Made by a program: the position numbers and the translations under genes. Shown here in pieces: positions 1 to 15,182 of a stretch of DNA of 64,000 nt. The notes under the pieces are model-generated. The model saw only the letters and a list, made by a program, of their open reading frames with translations. It did no database searches and was not told the DNA's origin. The stretch spans positions 43,896,001 through 43,960,000 of the forward strand of contig OX597837.1 of the NCBI GenBank assembly GCA_951406725.2. The letters are read 5' to 3'. The DNA comes from Octopus vulgaris (Eukaryota). Each line of letters begins with the position of its first letter. The first letter of the stretch is position 1.

Positions 1-186
1 ACTAAAATTTAATTTACCTTTATTTGTATTAAAAATACGAATAATTCCTCGGGAAATCTTTAACTAATTAGCTCAAGACACGTTTAGCTATACTTATTAT
101 TCACTTATGAAATTTTATACGGAATTAAACAAATTTACGTTTTCTATTTTTCGGTGTTTGAAAAATAGTGATGGGTAATCAATCAA

Positions 187-1060
187 GGCGGCGAGCTGGC
201 AGAATCGTTAGCACGCCCGGCGAAATGCTAAACGGTATTTCGTCTGCCGCTACGTTCTGAGTTCAAATTCCGCCGAGGTCGACTTTGCCTTTCATCCTTT
301 CGGGGTCGATTAAATAAGTACCAGTTACGCACTGGGGTCGATATATTCGACTTAATCCCTTTGTCTGTCCTTGTTTGTCCTCTCTGTGTTTAGCCCCTAG
401 TAGGTAGTAAAGAAATAGGTATTTCGTCTACCGTTACGTTCTGAGTTCAAATTCCGCCGAGGTCGACTTTGCCTTTCATCGTTTCAGGGTCGATTAAATA
501 AGTACCAGTTACGCACTGGGGTCGATATAATCGACTTAATCCGTTTGTCCTCTCTGTGTTTAGCCTCTTGTGAGTAGTAAAGAAATAGGTATTTCATTTG
601 CCGTTACGTTCTGAGTTCAAATTCCGCCGAAGTCGACTTTGCCTTTCATCCTTTCGGGGTCGATTAAATAAGTACCAGTTACGCACTGGGGTCGATATAA
701 TCGACTTAATCCGTTTGTCTGTCCTTGTTTGTCCTCTCTGTGTTTAGCCCCTTGTGGGTAGTAAAGAAATAGGTATTTCATTTGCCGTTACGTTCTGAGT
801 TCAAATTCCGCCGAGGTCGACTTTGCCTTTCATCGTTTCGGGGTCAATTAAATAAGTACCAGTTACGCACTGGGGTTGATGTAATCGACTTAATCCCTTT
901 GTCTGTCCTTGTATGTCCCCTCTATGTTTGGCCCCTCGTGGGTAGTAAAGAAATAGGTATTTTTTCTGGCTCCTTTCGTTCTGATTTCAAGTTCCACCGA
1001 CGCGGACTTTGCCTTTTATTTTTCGAGGTCAATAAAATGTGTACGAATTGAGCGCTGGTG
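187..1060 (+). mobile_element. tRNA-derived SINE (Nin/Deu-domain-like) followed by a tandem array of ~184-bp body units
   Basis: Head GGCGGCGAGCTGGCAGAATCGTTAGCAC, B-box-like GAGTTCAAATTCC and central GCCTTTCATCCTTTCGGGGTCGAT..AAGTACCAG. Units restart at about 234, 418, 588, 772 and 956. Confidence 0.8.
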
Positions 1061-2897
1061 TTCGATTACATTTACTATTCCCCATCCCCTAAAAATTCTT
1101 ACCTTAAAACCACTATTTATATAATGAACTATATTTTCAAAGATTTTGCTTCATATTTCCGTTGTAAAACGGAGCCATTAACAACATATTCTAAATGGAC
1201 AACGGTATACAAATATTTTACGCTAAATTATTTATAACGAGTTGTGCATGGTCTGAAGAGATATTTATATACAGTAACTTTCTATATGGCTTCCTGAAGT
1301 ATTTCGTTTTTGGATTTGGTTTGCAAGATTCTTTATATGAGTTCGTGTGTTGAAGCATATTCTGTTGTGTCTGGGGAGAGTCGTTTTCTTTTTGTGCCTT
1401 ATAATATAACACACTCACCGGTAAAATTTCCACATTTTTTTCTTATTTTTATTTTCATAAAATTTTCGTTGCGTCTTGCAACCTTTTCAATAGTTTTGAC
1501 TCTCTGGAGTATGTTTATCTCTAAATTTTAGAAGTTGTTTAAACAATTAGCAATAAAATCATCAGCAGCAATTTTCGTATGTAATTCTTTAAATAATTTT
1601 AAACAATTTTTTTTAGAAATCTCACTAACTGTTAAGCATATATATTCCGTATGATAATATCCTATGATTTCTATGTAAACCACAGTGCATTTTAATGAGT
1701 TAATTTGGTAAAAGATCTAAAATTACAAAGCCCAATGCCGTCACAAATTTCAGCAGAATGAAACTCATCCATTGTTATACCAAACGAATTAGAATCATTC
1801 TTCTCCACTCAGATCGGCATCAAAAGAAACCAATGCTTTTCATGCATCTCTATGCTTTTGAGATCAGAATCACTGGCCGAGATATAATTTCAGCGATAAT
1901 TAATGCCTTTTGGAACAAAAATTCTATTCTCGAGGAATAGAATTCATTGATGCCAAACTGAGTAAATTTCTACAGATGCTTTTACCTAATGTCATTAAAC
2001 TAATTAATAAGTGTAATGTCGTTATTCAATAATGGCAAATTAATTATTTATTTAATTATATGAATTACAATAACAGGACCTAAGACACATTTTATTCAGT
2101 GTTCTTAATTCAAGTTTTCCTTGGATTTATTAAGCTACCAGTTAGGTTATGAATAAAATTCTATTGAGGTTCTTAAGTTATATTAGGACATCGTAAAACT
2201 AGACATTCAGTGCAATCATTTATCTCTAACCCAGTTACAACTTCCTTAGATTCAGAGTTAACAGAATTAAGGATGTTATTATTAGCTTTTTATTATTATT
2301 CAATTAATTCAATTTGTATTATAAAATTTGCATTACGCAATTTATTGAAATAAACCAATTCTGTGTTTCCTGTTGAATAATTTGACTTAACTACACTCTG
2401 AGAATAAAATAGAAAAACAGTTACCACAAAGAACAACCAGCAACATTCACTGTATCTGCCATTTTATATTACAGGATCCTTTCCTCGGGAACGAATTTTT
2501 CATCTCAGCTTCAAGGAAGAGAGAGGCTGTCCCAGGACTGAGGACATGGGAAATTTCAACAGTAACCAGAACGAAAAGAAATCTATCAAATAATTCGCTC
2601 GGAGTCATTTTCCGTTTCTCTGTGAAGCTAGCTATACCTCACGTTTTTAAACTTTTAGAGAAAAACTTCAAAATAAGTGTCGTTGATAATTTAAAAGAAA
2701 AATTTTAGTTTTTTTTTCCAATGTAAAATACCGCATTTGATGGCATATAAGACGCGATGGCATGTTGGATACACACCGATTTCAGAAGCACTAATTTAGG
2801 AAAAGAAGATTTTATTACATTAAAATAACTCGGCATAAATAACCGGGGTACTTTTTGATACTCTGCTTCTTACACTGCTGGACAAAATGTTAAGACC

Positions 2898-2997
2898 NNN
2901 NNNNNNNNNNNNNNNNNNNNNNNNNNNNNNNNNNNNNNNNNNNNNNNNNNNNNNNNNNNNNNNNNNNNNNNNNNNNNNNNNNNNNNNNNNNNNNNNN
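2898..2997. other. Assembly gap (100 N)
   Basis: Run of N; the 10-mer TGTTAAGACC is present on both sides. Confidence 0.99.
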
Positions 2998-3262
2998 TGT
3001 TAAGACCAGTGACCGGTAGTTATTGTCAAAGAGAAAGCTTGAACATAACTATTTAGGTGGAATTTCAACCGTGTTATAGTAGAATAAGTACTAGGCTTAA
3101 AAAGAATAAGTCCTGGGGTCGATTTGCTCGACTAAATGCGGTGCTCCAGCATGGCCGCAGTCAAATGACTGAAACAAGTAAAAGAGTAAAAGAGTATATG
3201 TATATGTATATGCTAGCTTGTATACATATATCTATGCGAAGTGCGTTTCCGTATGTGTGTGA

Positions 3263-3310
<48 letters not shown>

Positions 3311-4162
3311 GTGTGTGTGTTTAAGTGTCTAAGTGTGTGTGTGTTTATGTTTAATTTAATAATCCATTATATCGCCATCTCTAATTTTCGTTGTAGGCCA
3401 TTTTGTTCGACAGTCGCTAATTTAGATGCAGAATATCTCGATGTTGATGTAAATAAAATATAATCTTTCCTTATTAACACAAACAAATGTGACGAACATT
3501 CACAGCATAAGTATTTGCCGAATTTGATATTAAGCATTACTAAGACGGCGGCGAGACGGCAGAATTGTTAGCTCGGCGGGAAAAATTGCTTGGTGGCTTT
3601 TATGTTTTGAGATCAAATTCTTCCGAGGCCGACTTTGCCTTGCATCCTTTCGGAGTCGATAAAATACGTACCAGTTGAGCACTGGGGTCGATGTTATCGA
3701 TTTCACCCTCCTCACCCGAAATTTCTGGCCTTGTGTCAAAATTTGAAACCAATATTAAGCATTATGAAGGCGGCTAACAGGAAGAATTGTTAGCACGCCG
3801 GGGGAAAATGGTTAGGGCATTTCGTCCGTCTTTATGTTCTGAGTTCAAATTCCGCTGAAGTCGACTTTGCCTTTCATCAATTCGGGGTCGATAAGATAAG
3901 TACCAAACAAGCACTGGAGTCAATGTAATTGACCACCCCCTTCCACAAAATTTCTCTCTCTCTCTGTATATATATATATACATATATATGACGGGTTTCT
4001 TTCAGTTTCTATCTACCAAATCCACGCACAAGGCTTTGGTCGGCCCGAAGCTATAGTAGAAGACACTTGCCCAAAGTGCCACTACGTGGGAATGAACCCA
4101 GAACCATGTGGTTGGTAAGCAAACTACTTACCACAGAGCCACTCCTGCGCCTATATACATAC

Positions 4163-5964
<1,802 letters not shown>

Positions 5965-6275
5965 TAATTTACGGTAATATTATTACCCTTACCCATTTAA
6001 TACAATAGATGAACTGATTGCTTGACAATTTCTAACATCTATGTACTAATTTTTGTTGGGTACCTATCTAGCAGTATATTGGATATATATTATCCCATGG
6101 TGGGTTGAATTTTCAACCCCTATCTCATTTTATAACCTAAATTTATCTTTTGAGGAACCTGAATTGCTCATACTGGTGTAATATAAGCATCCATTTATTG
6201 ATTTAAATATTAATAGTGCATGTGAATACACCCTAGTGTAGTATATTTGTTCCTTTGATCATTACTGCTAGAAGA

Positions 6276-7796
6276 ATGGAGAAAATACTGATCAATTCAT
6301 CAATGAAGGATGTACCTATCCCTACCAAAGACCATTACACTAAAGAACTAATTTATAGAATGAATGAATTCATCCATAGGATCAGATGGAGGATTTTCCA
6401 CCATGAGAACTATAATAATAAAATAAACCAACAACACACTGGAGAAACGATCCGTAATGGAATTGGAAGCACCTATGAAGAAATATTAAAACTAACAAGC
6501 ACTACATTTAAATCTAGAAAGTCTCCTCCACCAAATATACATCTAGACAATTTTGAACAAGAACTATGGGAGACTGTAAAAAACATAAAATTTAGAAATC
6601 ATCCTTTAAGATATAACCCGCACCAAAGAGAATTGAAAGACTTAATTAGAACTCTCAAAGGTAAGAGTGGCATTCTAACACATTCTGACAAAACTAACAA
6701 CATCTACAACATTGACATTACTGCATATCATGATCTTCTACACAAGGAAATAACCAAGAAATACAAAGTAGTACCTTCTAGTACACTTAGAAAGCTGAAC
6801 CTGGAGATCAGAGAAATCATATTTGACTACTACCTGGAAGAAAAAACGGAACCCTACACCCCATCCAGACCGAGAATTACACTAAAGGATCATAAAGAGA
6901 ATTTTCTTGGAAACACACAGGTCAGATTAATTTGCCCCACTAAATCTGACTTAGGCAGACTAAGTAAACTCATTCTAGATAAATATCTACCCACCATCCG
7001 CAATAAAATCAAACTAAACCTTTGGAAGAATACTCAGGGTGCTTTGGATTGGTTTTCTGCCATTAAGGTCTGTGACAGTAACAACTTTAGCTATAATAGA
7101 AATAAATTTATACAATTCGATATACAGAATTATTACACTTCAATTAACCCTATTATATTAAATAAGTCCTTAATTTTTGCTAGAAAACACACTAAATTAA
7201 GTATGGGGGAGATTAAGGTTATACTAACAGCCAGGAAAACTTTAATAGAGTTTGATAATAAACTTTGGGCTAGAAAGGACACACCCAACTTGTTCGATAT
7301 CACAATGGGATCGCCGGACTCAGCGGAGGTGACTGATCTAGTTGGGATGTATCTATTGGATAACTTTAGTAGGGAATTCCCTGAATTAAAAGGCGGATTA
7401 TACAGGGATGACGCCTTATTTTGTGTTAGGAATACATCAAATAGGAGATTAGATCTTCTGAAAAAAAGAATAAACAAATTTTTTAAAAGCTTCGGCTTAT
7501 CCATTATCATTGAAAGTGAAAATTATTCTGCTAATTATTTAGATGTTAATTGTAACATTACTAATGGTTTACATGAACCCTATATTAAACCTAATTCTAA
7601 CCTAATATACATTAACCGTTCTAGTAATCACCCCCCTCAAATTAAAAATGCACTAGTGCGTAGCATTAGTCAAAGAATTTCTAGTTTATCCTCAAACGAG
7701 GAAATTTTTAACAAACACTGTGATAGATACAATGCAGCATTACTTAAGGCAGGATATAAAAGTAAGATTTGGTTTATACCTAAGGGGAACCCCTAA
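6276..7796 (+). CDS. PLE reverse transcriptase (N-terminal, RT and thumb part)
   Basis: ATG at 6276. Motifs SMKDVPIP..RIRW, SDKT, FIQFDIQNYYTSI, FDITMGSPDSAEVTDLVG, GLYRDDAL, NYLDV, YINRSSNHP, RISSLSSNEEIF are typical of Naiad/Neptune-type PLE RT. Confidence 0.92.
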   Translation: MEKILINSSMKDVPIPTKDHYTKELIYRMNEFIHRIRWRIFHHENYNNKINQQHTGETIRNGIGSTYEEILKLTSTTFKSRKSPPPNIHLDNFEQELWETVKNIKFRNHPLRYNPHQRELKDLIRTLKGKSGILTHSDKTNNIYNIDITAYHDLLHKEITKKYKVVPSSTLRKLNLEIREIIFDYYLEEKTEPYTPSRPRITLKDHKENFLGNTQVRLICPTKSDLGRLSKLILDKYLPTIRNKIKLNLWKNTQGALDWFSAIKVCDSNNFSYNRNKFIQFDIQNYYTSINPIILNKSLIFARKHTKLSMGEIKVILTARKTLIEFDNKLWARKDTPNLFDITMGSPDSAEVTDLVGMYLLDNFSREFPELKGGLYRDDALFCVRNTSNRRLDLLKKRINKFFKSFGLSIIIESENYSANYLDVNCNITNGLHEPYIKPNSNLIYINRSSNHPPQIKNALVRSISQRISSLSSNEEIFNKHCDRYNAALLKAGYKSKIWFIPKGNP

Positions 7797-9117
7797 TGGA
7801 GGTAGAACTATCAAGAACAACACAAATAGATTTAGGATAATCAACAATATACATAAGAATAGTAAAAACAGAATATATGATAACACCTATAATAAATGTA
7901 GAAGTGACGTTAACCTTGGAAAGGTGAACGGTAGCTCAAATAGATCTAAACATACGAGTAGTAGTAGTAATATTAATAATAATATACGAATTAAAACTTA
8001 TGGTAGACATGATAATGGTAAAGTTTACTTGCGCAATAACCATGGTAATATTGATATAGATAGACATAACAATGACAGTGGTAAGAATAGTAATCCTATG
8101 AGTTGGTCTACGAATAGGATTTTTACAAATAACATTAATTCTATAGGCAATCCTATTTCTGATAAGGATACTCTTTGGTTGATTATCCCGTATGCAATGC
8201 AGATTAAAACAAACATAGTGAGAGCTTTGCATAATATTATTTTTAGGCATTTTGGTAAGGATAGGAATAAATTTAGTCCTTTAATTAACAACGGTACTGT
8301 TAGAGTGGGATATAGCATTACTCATAATCTAGCCACCATCATCTCCTCTTTTAATAACAAGAAACTGGATCACTTCTATAAGGATAGAAAATTGAATTTA
8401 GACCAGGAAAACTTGCCCCTCTTCATTAATAATAGGAATAGAAATTTTCTTGGAACAAATGGGAGCAACCTCCTTACTAATAATGAGTGCACCATACCTG
8501 TCAGAGATAATATAAATGTAATAGATCATACCACTACTACCAATACTAGTACTAGTGATAGGAATATAGCCGATAATGTGGAATTAACTCATTCGTTGAT
8601 TTTGGGTTTGGATGTTGATAACAATTGTAACACTTATAATGTGAATAGTAGTACAGGGGTGGTGTCCAATCTTAGATTTCCTCATTCTGTTAATCTTTGT
8701 AATTTCAGAAATAAAAATAAATGTGTATTTGGTAATCAATGCCTCAGGAAGGAGGTAGTTTACCAATGCACTGTAGATACACAATTGAGTAGTAGAGTGT
8801 ATATCGGGGCAACTATGAATAGCATAAAACAAAGATGGAATTATCATAGATATACTTTTAGGAATAAAAATAGAATGTACTCTACAGGGCTAAGTGCATA
8901 TATTTGGGAACTTAAAAGTAAGAACTTAGATTTTGGATTAAACTGGAAAATACTAACTTCAGCACCTGTGTATAATGGAAAAAATAAAAAATGCTCTCTA
9001 TGTATTAATGAAATTTTCTTCATTATTAAAGCGGGTCGGCAAATTATTAATAACATTAATGAGAAAAGCTTCTTTTGTATTCATAGGCTACCGTTTACCT
9101 TTTCTAGATTCAAATAG
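7792..9117 (+). CDS. PLE linker and GIY-YIG endonuclease, in the +1 frame relative to the RT ORF
   Basis: LWLIIPY..KTNI..RHF..VGYS..NLATIISSFNNKKL linker, Cys cluster C.F....C...NQC, VVY...VYIGAT..IKQR..H, STGLSAYIWELK, WKIL, CSLC..E. Confidence 0.88.
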   Translation, partial: PNGGRTIKNNTNRFRIINNIHKNSKNRIYDNTYNKCRSDVNLGKVNGSSNRSKHTSSSSNINNNIRIKTYGRHDNGKVYLRNNHGNIDIDRHNNDSGKNSNPMSWSTNRIFTNNINSIGNPISDKDTLWLIIPYAMQIKTNIVRALHNIIFRHFGKDRNKFSPLINNGTVRVGYSITHNLATIISSFNNKKLDHFYKDRKLNLDQENLPLFINNRNRNFLGTNGSNLLTNNECTIPVRDNINVIDHTTTTNTSTSDRNIADNVELTHSLILGLDVDNNCNTYNVNSSTGVVSNLRFPHSVNLCNFRNKNKCVFGNQCLRKEVVYQCTVDTQLSSRVYIGATMNSIKQRWNYHRYTFRNKNRMYSTGLSAYIWELKSKNLDFGLNWKILTSAPVYNGKNKKCSLCINEIFFIIKAGRQIINNINEKSFFCIHRLPFTFSRFK

Positions 9118-9921
9118 AACTTGGCACTTCCACTATTATCAATTTTTTAATTCCCTTCTTTAACTAAATATACCTGTGGTCTTCTATAATTCTAAAGTAT
9201 ACATTTTATAAATTTCATAATTTTATAATTTTTATAGCTACATTTGTATAATAACTAATTGGATGTGTCTAGTATTATTGGTTTCTTGGTTTTTGTATGT
9301 GGGTTTTTGTTTGTTTTTTTTTAAGAGAAATGCAATATGACATAAAATAACATATTCATTTTGGTATTTGCCTTGTAATGTGTGATTTTTGAAGTTTTCC
9401 AATATTGCATAGTATATTGCAAAGTATATATGTATATCTTGGTTAGATACCTAGCTCTGGATAATGTAATGATATTGTATAATATGTAATATATGAGAGC
9501 CTTTTGTGAGTTTGGTGGGTTTAGGTTGAGATTATGGGTTTTTTGTATGTGCTGATTTGGAAGGTTTTTTATTATATATTTGGTCTTTATATATTTGGTC
9601 TTTTTGTACTCACCTTAATTTGTATCTTATGTTATTCACTGATAAACCTTTTTCATTTTTTTCATTTTCTCATTTACATGCATTTTGCTTTATAATTGTT
9701 ACCAGCCTCATATATTTAGTTTATATCTATAGTCCTCTAGATCTGTACTTTAAACTATCCTTCCATACATATTTACTTTCAACAATATAAAATATATATA
9801 TTCACTTTATTTATTTTTATTTATTTCCCATTTTATTGTAATATTATCAATATTTGCATCTAGTCTTCTATTTATTTATTTATTTGCCTATTTAAGTGTG
9901 GATGTTTACATACATATCAAG

Positions 9922-10862
9922 TCATTTAATTTGTTACCTATTTATTCTTTACTTATTTACTTATACTGGTGTAGTTTTATACATACATATCTATCATTTA
10001 TTTTTATTTATTTTAATAATATATGAATACATATATACTAGTTTGTACTTATGATTATGTGTATAACCGTATTTATTCCTTCGTATTTATTCCTTTTTAT
10101 TTATTTTATCCCTTTTCATATTAAGTCTTTATAATATAAAATTTATTTAAAATTTCTGTGATGTTCTCATAAGCGTTTACATTAATACTTCCCCCTCTAT
10201 TTTTTATTGCCTAAACTGGTATATTTTGGCACTATATTTATTAAGTTAATAAGTGACTTATTTATAATATCTTAATTAATATATTTTATATTTTATATTT
10301 TATAATTTAGCGTACTTTAAATCATAACAAACTTACGATAAACCTAACAACCGTATGTTTACTCTGCAACAAACCGGTGTTACAAATTTTAAGTTACCCA
10401 TGAAATAATTATCTGAATTAGTAACATACTGATATTTAAAAATACATTTATATCTTAATTAAATATTTTATAGAATGCATGGATGGTTCTTTTTTTGTTA
10501 TTGAGGCTCAGTTATAATTTTGAAGGACTTAGTGTTAGCATGGTTGCTTCCCTATTTGTTTATCTAAGTGTTAGTTGTTGCTTATGATTATGTATATGTA
10601 CAAGTGTATGTATATACATATAACTATGTGTGTATGTGCGATTGATCTGTAGATGCGTGTGTGAATATTGGCGTTCCCTGACTAACCAACCGTATAATTT
10701 TCTTTTGTGATTTAAATTTCAAACCAATAGCCAATCGAATTAATCTAAATTTTCTTTACCTAGTGGTCAGCATTTCTTAACTCATAGTTATTTCGATCTT
10801 GGAAGGATGGACTTGGTGATAACTTAACTGTATCTATTTTTATTATTTTTTATTATTATTAC

Positions 10863-10896
<34 letters not shown>

Positions 10897-11561
10897 AGTA
10901 ATTTTTATTAACTTTTATAGCTTTAGAATTTTATGAACTGTACCACGGATTTAATTATTATTATTTTTCATCTCCATATGTGTTAGCCCCTTTTTTTTAT
11001 AAAAAAAACTATTAGCTAAATATGTATGATATCGGTACTTATTAATATTATATATACACTGTTATATATTTTGTTTTATTTTGTTCTGGTTACCTTCCTT
11101 TTTGTACAAATATGTATTATATTATACAAGTGTAGCATTATGATGTATAAGTTTTTATATTTTACTTTTTTATATTTTTATATTTATATGTATATGATTA
11201 TATAATATTTTTCACTATTATAACAAATTTAATTTAATTCTCTGAAGAGGCCGTGGGGCATCTTTGTTAATGCCTCATTTATACCTGCCTTTATGGCTTA
11301 TAGGTTAAATGAGGTATGACTGTCCTCACTGCCGAAACAGCTGTCAGTTTTGTTTTATTTGCATATTGTATTTGTAATTTTTTACTTATATCTCTTTATC
11401 TTTTTACTTTTACTTTTACTTTTACTATTACTGTATATCTCATTTCATTTTATATATTGCCTTTACTCCTATGTAATGGTGTATTAAAGTATGGATTGAG
11501 TATCATCGGATAGTTGATGTTTTATTGATTTAAGTATGTTTCTCCATTCTCTAATTTTGTA

Positions 11562-11565
<4 letters not shown>
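9922..11565 (+). repeat. PLE 3' pseudo-LTR
   Basis: Direct copy of 4322-5964, ending in (TA)n at about 11563-11606. Confidence 0.95.
11236..11351 (+). ncRNA. Type I hammerhead ribozyme in PLE 3' repeat
   Basis: Identical copy of the 5635-5750 motif: CTGAAGA at 11242, predicted cleavage after 11345. Confidence 0.8.
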
Positions 11566-11609
<44 letters not shown>

Positions 11610-12383
11610 GGGTGTGTGTGATTGTGTGTTTCTATATCTGTGAGTATCTTATATTGGCGATTTGCAGCTCCGTCGTTCAGATCAACTTCCTGCCACCTTC
11701 GACAAGTGCCTACTACCATAGCCTCGAGCCGACCAATGCCTTGTAAGTGGAGTGATTTGGTAGACAGAAACAGTGAGGAAGCCCGCCGTACATATACATA
11801 CATGCATACATATAACGGCTTGACAGACTGATGTTGGTTTGTTTACGTTCCCGTAACTTAGCGGTTCGGTTAAGAGACTAGTAGGATAAATATCAGACTT
11901 AACTCATCGATTTCTTCGCCTGAACCCTTCAAAGCAGTGCCCCAGCATGGTCACAATCCAATATATAGTAAAACAGTATATGAACAAAATACTAAATGAA
12001 TAAAATGTATAAATACCAACTTATCATAATATAAATGAATTTCTAATACGTTATGTCCCCGATTTCCTTCCATAGTTTATCAGTCAATTGTCATTTAAGA
12101 ATACTGTAAATTTTATTACTACGATGTCGTTCCATAATCAGAGCTTCCATACTTGGACTGGAGCAGAAATTATATTACGGAGGAACAAATATAAAAAAAT
12201 TCGAGTTAGCAGGCGACAATTAATGGCACTAAAGCGCATGCGCTAATTCAGTGATGAATTATAAAAATGGAATTGTTGAATAATGAAAGGCTACACGTTT
12301 CGTCGTCTGTCTTCATTAACCAATATCTCTGCAGATGGCACCACCGCCACAATTAAAGCTACACTGTTCCCAATTTATCACAT

Positions 12384-12385
12384 CT

Positions 12386-12451
<66 letters not shown>

Positions 12452-12564
12452 TTATATGATTGTAGCATTCTCTCGTTCTCTCTCTTTCTCTCGTTCTCTC
12501 TCTATCTATCTATCTCTATCTATCTTTCTTTCTATCTATGTATCTATGTATGTATCTATCTATC

Positions 12565-12615
<51 letters not shown>

Positions 12616-12660
12616 ATCTATGTATCTATCTATCTATCTATCTATCTCTGTCTATCTATC

Positions 12661-12692
<32 letters not shown>

Positions 12693-12716
12693 CCTATCTC
12701 AATCTATCTATCTATC

Positions 12717-12811
<95 letters not shown>

Positions 12812-12833
12812 CTATCTAGCTATCTCTATCCAT

Positions 12834-12889
<56 letters not shown>

Positions 12890-12910
12890 TTATCTATCTA
12901 TCTATCTCTC
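12384..12910. repeat. (TG)n and (TCTA)n microsatellites
   Basis: Directly visible simple repeats. Confidence 0.97.
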
Positions 12911-13202
12911 TGCCTCTCTTTTCAACTAACCGAGGCGCGGCGTAACATACGTACTCTAGCCTAATAGAAGAAAGAAGAAAAAAAATATGAAGCGACATCT
13001 ATATGCGATGGATGCGTGAATGTAATTCGAGTCTTGGTCTGGATTTCGCTATGACGTCACAACGGGACATTGAATGATTTAGACTTTGCCTGGGATTGGA
13101 CAAGTGTGTCTGTTGGTTACGGGATATTGTTCTTTTATTGTTCCATTTTCTTCAACTCCAATTGTTTGGATGCATAACAACAACAATAACAATATTATTA
13201 TT

Positions 13203-13316
<114 letters not shown>

Positions 13317-13974
13317 AATAATCCTATTATAGGCACAACGCCTGAAATTTGAGAGGAGGGGCTAGTCGATTTCACTAATCCCAGCATTTGAATGGTCTTT
13401 ATTTCATTGACGACAAAAGGATGAAAGGCAAAGTCGACCTTGGTGGAATGCTTTCGTTGATAGGCCCAAGATCTGACATTCTCTAGGAGGTGGGAACCAA
13501 TTACATTGACTCCATGCTCAAATGGTACATGTTTTATCGGTGATAAATAATGATTTGAAATTTTGGCTCTTTTTAGGAAAAGGGGCCCTGTTGATTACAT
13601 CAGCTACCTACCCACCCCCAGTGTTCAGCTGGTACTTATTCTATCGACTACAAAAGAATGCAAGATAAAATTGACCCCGGTGGAATTCGAACTCTGAACG
13701 TAGAGTCGGAACAAATCTCATAAATTATTTTGTTCGGTGCTCTAACGATTCTGCCAAATCTACATCTCGAACAACAACAACACCAACAATGGCAAATACG
13801 AGGAGGAGCAGGAGGAGGAGGAGGAAAGAAAAAGTTCGAACATCGTGTAGAACTTGTGTTCTCCTAAATAAGCTAACGACAGTCTATCATTCGATGTTGA
13901 ATCAAAGAAACTATTCTTTTTCTTTCATTTTCCAATAACCAGTGCCTACACTCTATAGACAAACCATTGACATG

Positions 13975-14010
<36 letters not shown>

Positions 14011-14170
14011 GCAAAAAGAAGTAGGAGAAGAAGAAGAAGAAGAAGAAGAAGAAGAAGAAGAAGAACCACAACAACAAACGACAATAGCAACAACAACAAC
14101 CCTAATAATAATAATAATAATAACGATTATTTTATTGACCACAAGGGCGATAAATTTGGACATTACGAAG

Positions 14171-14228
<58 letters not shown>

Positions 14229-14458
14229 GTAATAATAATAACAACAACAACTAAAACAACAATAACAATAACAACAATAATAATAAATGAGAGACATCGC
14301 ATATAAAGAAGCTATATATACATATATATGTGTGCCTGTGTGTTTTCTTATATATATGCACGTGTGAATATGTATGCATATATATGCATATACACATACA
14401 TATACATACATATATATATACACACAGACACATACACACAGACACAGACATACACACA

Positions 14459-14531
<73 letters not shown>

Positions 14532-14951
14532 CTCAATGAAAGGAAAAGCAAACAAAATATTAAAAAGTTATCAAATTTTCTAAGCATTAATATTGCTGAG
14601 TTGATGGCAATTTTCGACTCTCTTTTGCTTTGTAAAGAAATCTATCAACAAGCAAATTACTCCAGGGACACGATTAGTGAACACTGACATGGTTTTCTAC
14701 GAACAAATTTCATGCTTTCTCGAATATTCTGTTCATAAATTTCTTTTGTTATTTGTCCAGAAATCTCAATAGACCCAAACGTTGCAAAGGCCAAACGTCT
14801 AAAGTTGAAGATTTGTGTACAAAGTTGAACAACTGTTGTTGATTCTCTCTGTTGCTTTGTTTAATCCTTTTTCTTTCTTTCTGTTTATTTATTTATTCAT
14901 TTATTTATTTGTTCCCTCATCGTGGGTTTAGGTATTATTTAGGTATTATAA

Positions 14952-15182
14952 GGCGGCGAGCTGGCAGAAACGTTAGCACGCCGGGCGAAATGCTTAGCGG
15001 TATTTCGTCTGCCGTTACGTTATGAGTTCAAATTCCGCCGAGGTCGACTTTGCCTTTCATCCTTTCGGGGTCGATAAATTAAGTACCAATAACGCACTGG
15101 GGTCGATGTAATCGATTTAATCCCTTTGTCTGTCCTTGTTTGTCCCCTCTGTGTTTAGCCCGTTGTGGGCAATAAAGAAATA
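14952..15182 (+). mobile_element. Monomeric copy of the Nin/Deu-like tRNA SINE
   Basis: Same head, body and tail as 187-417. Confidence 0.8.

Noticed and set aside
187-1060. Regularly spaced repeats resembling a CRISPR array or tRNA gene cluster
   Set aside because: Units are contiguous ~184-bp SINE bodies with no unique spacers, no cas genes and no full cloverleaf; the context is eukaryotic.
2474-2720. Possible exon after TTATATTACAG
   Set aside because: Two frames are partly open but there is no recognisable protein motif or clear partner exon.
6276-9117. Selenocysteine recoding as described for some Naiad PLEs
   Set aside because: There is no in-frame TGA in either ORF; the break is TAA with a frame change.
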